Assembly: GCA_963793865.1 (NCBI GenBank)
Contig: CAWCBP010000002.1
Location: 1-64,000, forward strand
Source: an uncultured delta proteobacterium
GTDB lineage: Bacteria > Desulfobacterota > WTBG01
Length of the DNA: 64,000 nucleotides
Reading direction: 5' to 3'
The first letter of the stretch is position 1. The number at the start of each line of letters is the position of its first letter. The position numbers and the translations under genes were made by a program. Below the pieces are notes generated by a model. That model was given only the letters and a program-made list of their open reading frames with translations, was not told the origin of the DNA and searched no databases. Positions 50,373 through 59,617 of the stretch are shown one piece after another.

Positions 50373-50907
50373 TTCCACAGCAATCTGTTAATTGCCTGTG
50401 GATAAGTGAGGGGTTGAAGGAAAATTGGTACGGTTGCTATTCTGGCTTTTTTAGCATCTTTGCTCAAATCCTGACCATTGAAGAGTGATAATAAAAACAG
50501 AGTGTTAGAAAGCGTAGTGGGCTTATGCTGAATGGGAAGCCGTTTGCGACTTTCTTTTTTATACCCAAGATATCCAGAATGGTGAAGAAGCTTTCAATAT
50601 CTTGTGCCGGGTCTTTTGCACGAGATGCAATTTCTGATTCCAGCGCCACTGCAAAAAGAAAAATTTTCAAATACAAAAAAAATACGCCTTGCGTCTTTAT
50701 GAGATAATTTATAAGGAGGGAATGATGCAGGAATGCAGGATGCACGATACAGGAGTCATTGACCCTGAACCCCTCTTTTTTGAACCACGAAGCTCACGAA
50801 GGACGGCACGAAGAACACGAAGAAAAAGCGCAAAAAGGGATCTAGTCTCAATATGCAATAAAGCAATGTTGATACCAGACCCACGGTTCTGTGAAGGGCA
50901 CGGAGAA
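50373..50907. repeat. Long non-coding repeat, copy B (lacks about the first 85 bp)
   Basis: Near-identical to 53321-53990 apart from an internal duplication in copy C. Confidence 0.9.
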
Positions 50908-50957
50908 AATGAGGACGTATGATGGATACAGGGCAGAGAGGCGATGTAGAAACTATA

Positions 50958-51266
50958 TCATTTCTTCGCTTTCACATATTTACGAATCCGATAGCCATTA
51001 TCTCTCACAATCTTCTGAGGATTGATAATATGATATCGAAGGAGAATTGCTTTCCCGCGACCCCACAATGTGCCGAATTCTATAAGGCCGCCGAAATCCT
51101 TATCACCTGATACTACTATCAACTTCTTTTTTTCCGCATAATCAAGAATGACACTGTCTCTCTGTCCGGCAAGGCCAATTTCCGGAACAAAGAATACCTC
51201 ATGGCTTTCTCTGCGAAGTCCCTGTACAATTTCAAAATGAAGATTTTCGTCTGCCAGGATTCTCAT
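50958..51266 (-). CDS. DUF5615 PIN-like protein, possibly 3'-truncated
   Basis: ILADENL, HEV and VSGDKDFG motifs; shorter than the 48734 paralogue. Confidence 0.8.
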   Translation of the reverse strand: MRILADENLHFEIVQGLRRESHEVFFVPEIGLAGQRDSVILDYAEKKKLIVVSGDKDFGGLIEFGTLWGRGKAILLRYHIINPQKIVRDNGYRIRKYVKAKK

Positions 51267-51499
51267 TTTCTTTTACTCGCAAAAATCCTCACTTCTTCAC
51301 CTTGGAATTGCCTTGCTGCAAAATTCAGCGCTTCGTCAAGCCCTTCTTTGGTCAAGGTAGGATATCCACGGAGAATATCCGCCCTGGTCATGCCTGAGGC
51401 AATGCATTGGAGTATCAGTGCCACTGATACACGAGTACCTTTAACAATAGGCTTGCCGTTCAAGATATCAGGGTCACATACGATTAATGCTTTTTTCAT
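51263..51499 (-). CDS. DUF433 antitoxin
   Basis: DPDILNGKPIVKGTRVSV motif. Confidence 0.93.
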   Translation of the reverse strand: MKKALIVCDPDILNGKPIVKGTRVSVALILQCIASGMTRADILRGYPTLTKEGLDEALNFAARQFQGEEVRIFASKRK

Positions 51500-51991
51500 A
51501 GCGGTTTTCCTCTTGTATTATTTTTGTCTATTACTACTTAGATAATTCATTGCTATTTATTTGCATAATATCACAAAACCATGACAGAGCAAGCCTGGAA
51601 TTGTTGCTATACGAGTGTGCAACCGGAAAGCAGCAACCACGGGAGAGTACGGAGGAAGAGGAGAAAGGATGCAGCAGACGGCGTCTAGCCCTGTACCTGT
51701 CTTCTCCCTCCACCCTCTGCTTTCTACCACGAGCTTGACGAAGAGAAAATCACGAAGAACACGAATGTTGCTTGGGGTCAGGTCTTGAGATCAGTTTTGA
51801 GCGGTGAGTGGCAAGGATTGCGGAAAAAGAGGGTACAGGTAAAAACGGTTCGTTAGTTTGCTGGTTGGCCGGTTAAGCCTGCTACCAGCTAGTGCGATAA
51901 ATAGTATCGTCAACGGTCCATTGTCCAGTTTACTCCCAATTTAACAAGATCGATTCCCTCACCTTAAAACCGGTCACAAATTGTGACCGGT

Positions 51992-52450
51992 TTACCATTC
52001 TTCATATGATTTCTTACTGTATTTATCTTCTGTGTGAACAAGTTCTTTTGTCTTGCCTAAGAACTTTACAGCGAGTTTAAGCATTTCCTCAGCACCAATT
52101 CTTGACCAGTCATCATAGTAGTCTGCATCTTCACGCAAACCTTTGCCTTTTTCCAGCGCCTCAACAAAATATGCCGGCAATTTCCCGGTTTTGACATAGA
52201 GATGCTGTAAGGCGATCATCAGACAATGATGGCTTTTTTCACGATAATTTTTGATATATATAAGTGCTCTGGCAGCATGAAACATGGCATAATAACTCTG
52301 AATTGTTGTCCACTTGTATTTCCCACGTTCATAACCCTCTTTTGCATCTGCAAGGTCTTGCTCTGCCGTTTTAAGCTCTTTTGGAACCAGTTCTTTGCCC
52401 TGAGAAAATCCTTTTATCCGGCCTCTTCTCACACACTCCTCAAATGTCAC
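51992..52450 (-). CDS. HEPN-domain protein
   Basis: SYYAMFHAARAL, KSH and LREDADY motifs. Confidence 0.88.
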   Translation of the reverse strand: MTFEECVRRGRIKGFSQGKELVPKELKTAEQDLADAKEGYERGKYKWTTIQSYYAMFHAARALIYIKNYREKSHHCLMIALQHLYVKTGKLPAYFVEALEKGKGLREDADYYDDWSRIGAEEMLKLAVKFLGKTKELVHTEDKYSKKSYEEW

Positions 52451-52985
52451 CGCTTCCCCCGTCCCATAAAACGATCCCTTTATTCACCTGCTGATAGAAT
52501 ACAGGGTCTGTTTTCTCCTTTTCAATAAAGCTCAGATTGGTGCAGATGATGCTCTGAATTTTTCTATTGCCACCGAATTTTTTAATCTGTTCCACCACAG
52601 CGTCTTTATTACGGCTAATAATCAGCAAATCTATGTCACTATCGGCCTGGTCTTCTCCCCTGCTTGAGCTGCCAAAAAGGATTATTCTGGAAGAGAGCGG
52701 TTTTAACTTATTCAGAAGGCCACTGAGCTGTCTTATTATCTCTATTACCTTGAGATGTTTAACGATTGGATTTTCATAATTTAATGTATAAAAGAATGTT
52801 TTTCCCCTCTTGGTTCTGAAAAGAAAGTCCGTGCTCATCAGATCACGGAGTGCATAATTTACGCCAGACTTGCTTATTTTGGTTGCCTGCTGAATTTCAG
52901 TTTCCAGAAAGTCCCTGATTGGACTATTGATAAGAAAATGGAGTATTTTTTGAGCGTTGGTCGCGATTAAGATATTTTTTTTCAT
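52440..52985 (-). CDS. wHTH-nucleotidyltransferase (MNT) antitoxin
   Basis: N-terminal HTH (ISKSGVNYALRDL) and LFGSSSRGED..DSDIDLLII. Confidence 0.88.
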   Translation of the reverse strand: MKKNILIATNAQKILHFLINSPIRDFLETEIQQATKISKSGVNYALRDLMSTDFLFRTKRGKTFFYTLNYENPIVKHLKVIEIIRQLSGLLNKLKPLSSRIILFGSSSRGEDQADSDIDLLIISRNKDAVVEQIKKFGGNRKIQSIICTNLSFIEKEKTDPVFYQQVNKGIVLWDGGSGDI

Positions 52986-53059
52986 TGGATTATCTCCCAA
53001 AATATTGGACTACTATCCAATATATTAGACATTATGATGATTTGTCAAGAATAAGTAGC

Positions 53060-53234
53060 GCCACCTACCGCGTCCTGTTTTTGAGATGCCAAAATGGCAT
53101 CTCCAATCTTTATCTTTTTCAACGGTAAGTTGAAACATAAAATCTTCAGGAAATCTATCCAGGTTTCTGGTAACGGCTCGCTTCAACAGCATCGTGACCT
53201 CAAGTTGAAAACAGCGGGCGGGACAGAACTGCGC
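53060..53234 (-). pseudogene. ORF6N-domain remnant truncated at the long-repeat boundary
   Basis: LKRAVTRNLDRFPEDFMFQLT motif; the 5' part is replaced by the repeat. Confidence 0.7.
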
Positions 53235-54057
53235 TTGAACCATAAGAAAAAATTGGCTCCAGCACATAAATATTGTTCGAAGAAAATATCAAGCGACGTT
53301 ACGACGGGTCAAAAAAAGTATTCCACAGACATGTGTGAATTGCCTGTGGATAAGTGAGGGGTTGAAGGAAAATTGGTACGATTGCTATTGGCGTTTTAGC
53401 ATTCTGCTCAAATCCTGACCATTGAAGAGTGATAATAAAAACAGAGTGTTAGAAGCGTATGGGCTTATGCTGAATGGAATCCGTTTGCGACTTTCTTTTT
53501 TATACCCAAGATATCCACAATGGTGAAGAAGCTTTCAATATCTTGTGCCGGGTCTTTTGCACGAGATCAATTTCTGCTTCCAGCGCCACTGCAAAAAGAA
53601 AAATTTTCAAATACAAAAAAAATACGCCTTGCGTCTTTATGAGATAATTTATAAAGAGGGAATGATGCAGGATGCACGATACAGGAGTCATTGACCCTGA
53701 CCCCTGCACCCCTCTTTTTTGAACCACGAAGCTCACGAAGGAAAAGAAGGAAGAACACGAAGAAAGAGGACTAGATGCTAGATGCTTGCCGCAGGATGCA
53801 GGCAGAGTGTTCTTCCCTGAACCCGGTTCCCTGCACCCTAAACCCTCTTTTTTGAACCACGAAGCTCACGAAGGACGGCACGAAGAACACGAAGCTGCAA
53901 CCACGAAACACGAAGAAAAAAGGGGTCTAGTCTCAACATGCAATACAGCAATGTTGATACCAGACCCACGGTTATGTGAAGGGCACGGAGAAGCGGGGCA
54001 TGAAAAGCAGGAAAGAATGCCGGATACACGATTCAGGTGTAAGCAGCCAGTATCCAG
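53235..54057. repeat. Long non-coding repeat, copy C
   Basis: Same left junction TTGAACCATAAG and same right block (GATTCAGGTGTAAG..CCAGTATCCAG) as copy A. Confidence 0.9.
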
Positions 54058-54290
54058 CAACGTGCAAGGGGTCAGGTCTTGAAATATCAATTGCGAGGGC
54101 GCAGGGGTCGGGGATCAGGGTGGAGGGGGAAACAAGAAGTTTACAGTTGCCGGTTAGCAGTTCACAGGAAGAAAATAGTCAACTGTCCATGCTCCACGGC
54201 GAAGGCAGTTTGTTGACGGTGGGAGGCGAGAAAATCAGCGGCGGGCTGTTTTTGTGTCACCTCATTCTTCCGGCGGCGGAGGGGAAATAG

Positions 54291-54624
54291 TCAATGTTTC
54301 AAAATGTATTCCATTTGCTCTTTTAGGATGGGTAGTTCATGTTTCATATTCCCCTAAACAACGACAATATCCACACCCAGATAGTTATGGATTAAAACAT
54401 TTCGCAATCCTATTACGCTTTTCCAGGGAACTTCCGGATATCTCTCTAAATTCTTTTGGAAGTTTGCTGCTCGCCTCTCCGATTATTTCAAAATTTCTTA
54501 TAATGGCATCTATGGTTTTGTTATCTCTTTCAAAAGCTGCAAATGACATACCTTCCGTATATCTTTCGATTGAAGATATTGCGTCAAGAATATGGTTTAC
54601 ATACGCTTTATAATCCTTCTCCAA
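54291..54624 (-). pseudogene. DUF86/HepT HEPN RNase toxin, disrupted
   Basis: DAIIRNFEIIGEA, then after a frameshift YPEVPWKSVIGLRNVLIHNYLGVD..V*G (RX4H motif; TAG where Trp is expected). Confidence 0.8.
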
Positions 54625-54907
54625 TTGTCTCAGCCTCATTCAAAATATATGGGCCGATATATTTGCTTAACCCTCTTCTGGACACAATATTGACCTTTTT
54701 TTTCAATATCTCAGATAAATTTTCTTCAAGTTCCACCAGGTCAAAAAGAGTTGCCCCTTCGACCAGATCCACCAGCAAGTCAATATCGCTGCTCTCCTTC
54801 TGCTCATTTCTTACATAAGAACCGAAAAGTGCAACGGATTTGACCTTGCATTTTTTAAACATGTCTCCGTGCGCAGATAAGATCTTTATGATGTCCTTTT
54901 TTTGCAT
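54608..54907 (-). CDS. MNT (MntA-like) antitoxin
   Basis: LFGSYVRNEQ..SSDIDLLVD motif. Confidence 0.92.
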   Translation of the reverse strand: MQKKDIIKILSAHGDMFKKCKVKSVALFGSYVRNEQKESSDIDLLVDLVEGATLFDLVELEENLSEILKKKVNIVSRRGLSKYIGPYILNEAETIGEGL

Positions 54908-55018
54908 CGCTGTTTGTTCCTCTATTCATCTTTGAATTAATATACATTTACATGATATCACAGAACCGGCAAAGAGCAAACCTGGAATTTGTGTCAATGA
55001 GGCAGTGGGGTATAGACG

Positions 55019-55256
55019 ATGATAGAAGCAGGGCAGAACATAGAGTACATTCTGAATCAGCTCGGTCATAGTTCGATTCAGGTAACCCTAGACATATACG
55101 GCCACCACATGAAACCAGTTAACAGCGAAGAAGCAGAAAAGCTGAGGGCTACCCTTTTCAGTAGCAAAAATTCAGAAGATGGTAGCAAAATGGTAGCAGA
55201 AGGGGTAGAAGTCATGAAAAAAGCACCTGACTATACAGCCAAGTGCTTGATTTTGC
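55019..55256 (+). pseudogene. Tyrosine integrase C-terminal remnant
   Basis: QLGHSSIQVTLDIYGH box II with catalytic Tyr; the N-terminal part is missing; runs into the att copy. Confidence 0.8.
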
Positions 55257-55302
55257 TGGTGGGCCGTGCAGGAGTCGAACCTGCGACCTACTGATTAAGA
55301 GT
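55257..55302 (-). repeat. 46 bp direct repeat of the tRNA-Lys 3' end (att core)
   Basis: Identical to 63389-63434. Confidence 0.95.
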
Positions 55303-55625
55303 TACTCTCCCTAGCCCTTCTAGTTTTCTCTCTTGTTTGTTACTGTTTGATCTTGTTTGAAAAATTGCTGTATAAAGGGGTAGAGTTTTCTACCCTGGTC
55401 TCCCTTGTTTGCTCCTGTCTACTGCACAATTACTGCACAGCCCCCCATAAGTCAAATCGCCCGACGGGCCTTCCCAACGACAGCATAAAGCCTATTCATG
55501 TGAGTATAATCTCAGCCAAAACCAGGGTGGTACGGCAAGGGTGGTCAGGGCCAAAAATTCCAGAAACATGCAAGTATAACACTAAATAGTTTTAGTAAGT
55601 GATGCCACTCGTTGGGTAGGGAAAA

Positions 55626-55820
55626 TTACTCCTCTATAATGATAGCATCTGTATCACACTCTGTAATGGCTTTTTTTACACGGTCTTCCAGATGGGGAGG
55701 GATTTCACTGACAACCACACGCGCCTCTGTTTTTTCATCATCGTATTCGAAGACTTCCGGACACACTTCACTGCAGTGTCCATCTCCCATACACAAATCG
55801 TAGTCAATTTTTATCTTCAT
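55626..55820 (-). CDS. Monocluster ferredoxin
   Basis: CMGDGHCSEVCPEVF...ECDTDAI, with Asp in place of the second Cys. Confidence 0.88.
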   Translation of the reverse strand: MKIKIDYDLCMGDGHCSEVCPEVFEYDDEKTEARVVVSEIPPHLEDRVKKAITECDTDAIIIEE

Positions 55821-56345
55821 ATACTTCCCCCTGTAACAGTTTGCTGTACTTCCTCCCGGTTTCGAATCTATCACTGCCAGTTTATAAATCAAGATTATTC
55901 TATTACCTATACATGCAGACCGCAAGATGTAGGAGTTGCCCAATATATCAAATTTCTTGACCCTTCTTGCAACATTGATTTTGCATTTTTACTTGCAGAC
56001 TCCATATTACAACTTGTAATAGAACATCCCGAACAATGACATACACTAGGGTTTGCTTTCTATCTTCCCCTGTTTCAAGAATTACTTTTTGCGCAAGAGA
56101 AGCCATAGCAAGAAGACTACAACAACTAAAACTATGATTTTTGACATCCTTGCCTTCCTCTCTGTCAAATACCCATTGAATCCGTCCTAACACTATAATT
56201 ATTATTTGCAATGGAATTGTATTTATATTCAAAAGTAGTTGCAACCATGTAATTCAAAACATAAATCCCTTGTTATTGCAAACAAAAACCCCCAGTATCA
56301 CTCATGAGGGGAAACAAGGGATTTGCAATTTCGTCTTCCACCTGA

Positions 56346-56422
56346 TTACAGCTTGTTTTGGCTTGTTATGGTAGCAAAATGGTAGCAGAAAAGGGGCTGG
56401 GATTATTCCCGGCTCTTTTGTT
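56346..56422. repeat. 77 bp direct repeat, copy 1 (contains tandem TGGTAGCA)
   Basis: Near-identical to 57791-57867. Confidence 0.9.
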
Positions 56423-56756
56423 GTTAAACGAACCGCCCCAGGATACTCAACCTGCTCTTAGATCATACCCAAGGCAAGCCCCCAGATCAGATCCATCAGG
56501 AGCAGGTGACGTTCGTTATGCACGTCAATAGGAATACTGATGCTCAGGATGCAGTGGTGGTTGATGATGGGCATAAGTATCTGCCAGAGGGAGAGGGGTA
56601 ATAAAGGCAGGCGCTGGTTTGACCCCTGCCCGTAGCATACTAACCAAGCAAATAATCGCGTGGATTTTTATGTTTGCTGATCTCTTTAATTTCTTCCTTA
56701 TTTCCCCGACTCCTCCCGTTAAGATCGACAATACGATACTGTCAATTGGTTTAAAA

Positions 56757-57662
56757 CTAAATGCAAATACCAACAAAGCACACCACCAACGGTGCACAAC
56801 AATCCTCGTTAACGACACATGGGCCGCAGTGTCCACCTATACACGCCTGATTACCGCAGTCACTACAGGTGAAACACTCATAACAGTCCTGTGTATTGAT
56901 TTTACAATTGTTATTGCAGGTCAAAACACCACCATAAGGGTAGCCGGCTTCTTCGCAGGTGTCCTTGGCCAGCGGAAACAGGTCACCGTCACATTCCTCA
57001 CCGGCATCCAACGTGTTGTTCCCACATTTTATGGGTCCACGTACTGGCCAGACGTAGTAGGGGAAGGTCTTAAAGTCAGTGCCGACATAGCCATTGCCGA
57101 AGTACACGACCCAGCCGAAGAAAACGTTGGCGTTAGTAGTAGACGACCAGTAGTAGGTATTCTTCACGTCGGTGAAAAAATACATCTGATTATAACGTAT
57201 ATACTCATCCCCGACCATGATTCCTACCAGCTCACTCTTGGTGGGGAGCCGCCAATCTCCTTCCACTGACCCATCACTGAGTCCGGTCCCTGACATGCCT
57301 GCATATAAGATACCAGCCCTCGTGTGTGCATCATCATATGCATCACAATCAGCCCATGGTTTTAAGCCTCCCCACCCCGCATTTTTCAACCACACCAGCC
57401 CGGTTGTCATGTCTTTTACTGTCCCGTTGCCTTGGTCACACCACCTGCCTAGCGGTGACAGTGTGCCGCTGCAACAATCGCTACCCGTGGGACACGGATT
57501 ATTAATCTGACTTCTTCCAAAATCTGATTTGAACACAAAAGCATCAGTTCCATCTACATCTACATCACAGTCAAAATTACCGTCACAGAAATCTTGTGCC
57601 ATCACTGGGGCAACTGACAATAGCAACACAAAAGCAAGTACTAATGATAGTTTCTTATCCAT
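56757..57662 (-). CDS. Secreted DUF1566 (Lcl C-terminal) protein with an N-terminal dockerin/EF-hand-like module and a Cys-rich tail
   Basis: GNGTVKD..TGLVWLK, DWRLPT..EL, YWSSTT and VWPVRG motifs; CGN..LD.GEECDG. Confidence 0.85.
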   Translation of the reverse strand: MDKKLSLVLAFVLLLSVAPVMAQDFCDGNFDCDVDVDGTDAFVFKSDFGRSQINNPCPTGSDCCSGTLSPLGRWCDQGNGTVKDMTTGLVWLKNAGWGGLKPWADCDAYDDAHTRAGILYAGMSGTGLSDGSVEGDWRLPTKSELVGIMVGDEYIRYNQMYFFTDVKNTYYWSSTTNANVFFGWVVYFGNGYVGTDFKTFPYYVWPVRGPIKCGNNTLDAGEECDGDLFPLAKDTCEEAGYPYGGVLTCNNNCKINTQDCYECFTCSDCGNQACIGGHCGPCVVNEDCCAPLVVCFVGICI

Positions 57663-57790
57663 GGTAGCCTCCTTTTTAAAAATTATGGATGCAAAATAAT
57701 ATTAAAAACTCCCATAATCATTAATAGACTCCAATTTCCCGCAAGTAAATGGAGTCAATGCTGTATTTAGACAGGATTTAAACAGTATTT

Positions 57791-57867
57791 TTACAGCTTG
57801 TTTTGGCTTGTTATGGTAGCAAAATGGTAGCAGAAAAGGGCTGGGGATTATTCCCGGCTCTTTTGTT
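57791..57867. repeat. 77 bp direct repeat, copy 2
   Basis: Near-identical to 56346-56422. Confidence 0.9.
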
Positions 57868-58077
57868 CATTATCCCGCCACCAGAAAAAATGAGGCTCGG
57901 GATAGCGAGCTGCTTGAGCAGGGTTGCTTGCTAAAGGTAGTAAGGAATGCAAAAGGCAGGAGTGATTTTGACCCCTGCCTTTGTTATCCTGCATAGAAGA
58001 TAATCTTGTCACACTCATCTCTAATGCTATTTAAGGCACCTTATTTGGATAAATAATCTGATCTGTAAACTTAAAAT

Positions 58078-58752
58078 TTACTTCTTCGCTCCCGTTGACA
58101 GTTCTTTTGCCTTGCGTTCATTCCTTTTTCTTGTCTTAGTCATTCCCTTATTAAATTCTACCTTACTTAAAAACCCATCATTGTTTGCGTCCATCAATTT
58201 AAAATTATTTCTAGCACGTTTCCTTGCATGAATCATGTGTTCTTTCAGGCTAATTTTCCCATCTCCGTCAGCATCCACTTTATTAAACCGCCACTCCAAC
58301 CTCTTGGCGTTATAAGGGACATTTTGGTCATCAATCATATCTCTGACAATCCAGCATGCTATGAATAGTACTAGAACAAACACCGCAATATAAGGGTATC
58401 GTGATATCGGCTTCCAGATTTTATAAGAAAGCCTATCATCATTTGCTTTTAGATACTGTTTTGTTTTCTCATCAAAATCCTCCTTAATCTCATCGATTAT
58501 TCTACGGTGCTTGCCAAGAGACCATTGTATATCTAAAAGGAGAATTACTCCAACACCAAATATTACCCAGATATACCATTCCGGGATTATAACGAAAGGA
58601 AAATTTTTATCTATAAATGTTATGGCTGTTAACAAAAGAAGACAATAATAGGTAACTTTCCATTGTTGCTGCTTGAAGAATCTTAATTCATCATTACATT
58701 GCTGGTAAAGTGTAATTCTTTCTACGCTTACTTTACTTTCTCTATCGTTCAT
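58078..58752 (-). CDS. Membrane protein fused to a paired EF-hand domain
   Basis: Three TM segments followed by DADGDGKISLKE and DANNDGFLSKVE. Confidence 0.7.
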   Translation of the reverse strand: MNDRESKVSVERITLYQQCNDELRFFKQQQWKVTYYCLLLLTAITFIDKNFPFVIIPEWYIWVIFGVGVILLLDIQWSLGKHRRIIDEIKEDFDEKTKQYLKANDDRLSYKIWKPISRYPYIAVFVLVLFIACWIVRDMIDDQNVPYNAKRLEWRFNKVDADGDGKISLKEHMIHARKRARNNFKLMDANNDGFLSKVEFNKGMTKTRKRNERKAKELSTGAKK

Positions 58753-58840
58753 TGGTTCCACTTGCAACGCCTCCTTTTAGATTATTGATAACTACACCAC
58801 TCCACCCCAGCTTCACACGCAGGGCATGGGTTCAGAAACT

Positions 58841-59515
58841 CTAATGACCACCTCGGACGGGCCAGACATAGAGGGGATTCGCTGTCTTTTGGCCGAAGAC
58901 CACGGTACCACTGCCCATGTCCACGCTCCACGCTTCGCCCGTAAAGCCGTTGAGAGTAGTAGACGACCAGTAGTATTCGGACTGCACGTTGTCGAAGAAA
59001 TTCCACCCCCACATAGCCGGCTCAGAATAGTCATAATCAACAAGACTTAACATTTCCTTGATATTTGGCAAACTCCAATCACCTGGAATTGAACCATCCG
59101 TAAGTCCGCAAGTCCCACTTGATAAACTGTTACATGCCGTCAATGCAGCGTCCCACGTTTCTCTTGCAAAACAATTAGCGTTTTTCAACCAGGTAAGCCC
59201 TGTCAGGTTATCGGTTATCGTACCATTACCATTATCGGTAAAGCGACCAGCACCCCATGAAATACCTTTGTGATACCAGCCGTCATCACCTATTGCATAA
59301 GAAGGGCTTTGCCATGTCCTCTCCACTGGTGCTGGCCCATCAGGCGGACAGGGATCCAATAATGCACTTCTACCAAAATCCTGTTTGAATGTTGATGCAT
59401 CGCTTCCATCCACATCTTTGTCATAGTCAAAATTACCTTTGCAGAAATCCTGTCCTAATGCAGCAAATGGCACTAACAGTAATAAGATTGAAAATGACAC
59501 TATTATTCTTTTCAT
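58841..59515 (-). CDS. Secreted DUF1566 (Lcl C-terminal) protein with an N-terminal dockerin/EF-hand-like module
   Basis: RFTDNGNGTITDNLTGLTWLK, W.LPNIKEM, YWSSTT and YVWPVRGG motifs. Confidence 0.88.
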   Translation of the reverse strand: MKRIIVSFSILLLLVPFAALGQDFCKGNFDYDKDVDGSDASTFKQDFGRSALLDPCPPDGPAPVERTWQSPSYAIGDDGWYHKGISWGAGRFTDNGNGTITDNLTGLTWLKNANCFARETWDAALTACNSLSSGTCGLTDGSIPGDWSLPNIKEMLSLVDYDYSEPAMWGWNFFDNVQSEYYWSSTTLNGFTGEAWSVDMGSGTVVFGQKTANPLYVWPVRGGH

Positions 59516-59617
59516 AGTCCACCTCCTTGTTAGGTAATTGTTACTGACATAAATCCACACTCACATGATGGACAAGTGACAAATCGATTCCCTCCATAGT
59601 CAGGGCATGCATGGTGC

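Noticed and set aside
55257..55302. Second tRNA-Lys gene
   Set aside because: Only the 3' 46 nt are present; the D-arm and the 5' acceptor strand are missing, so it is an att duplication.
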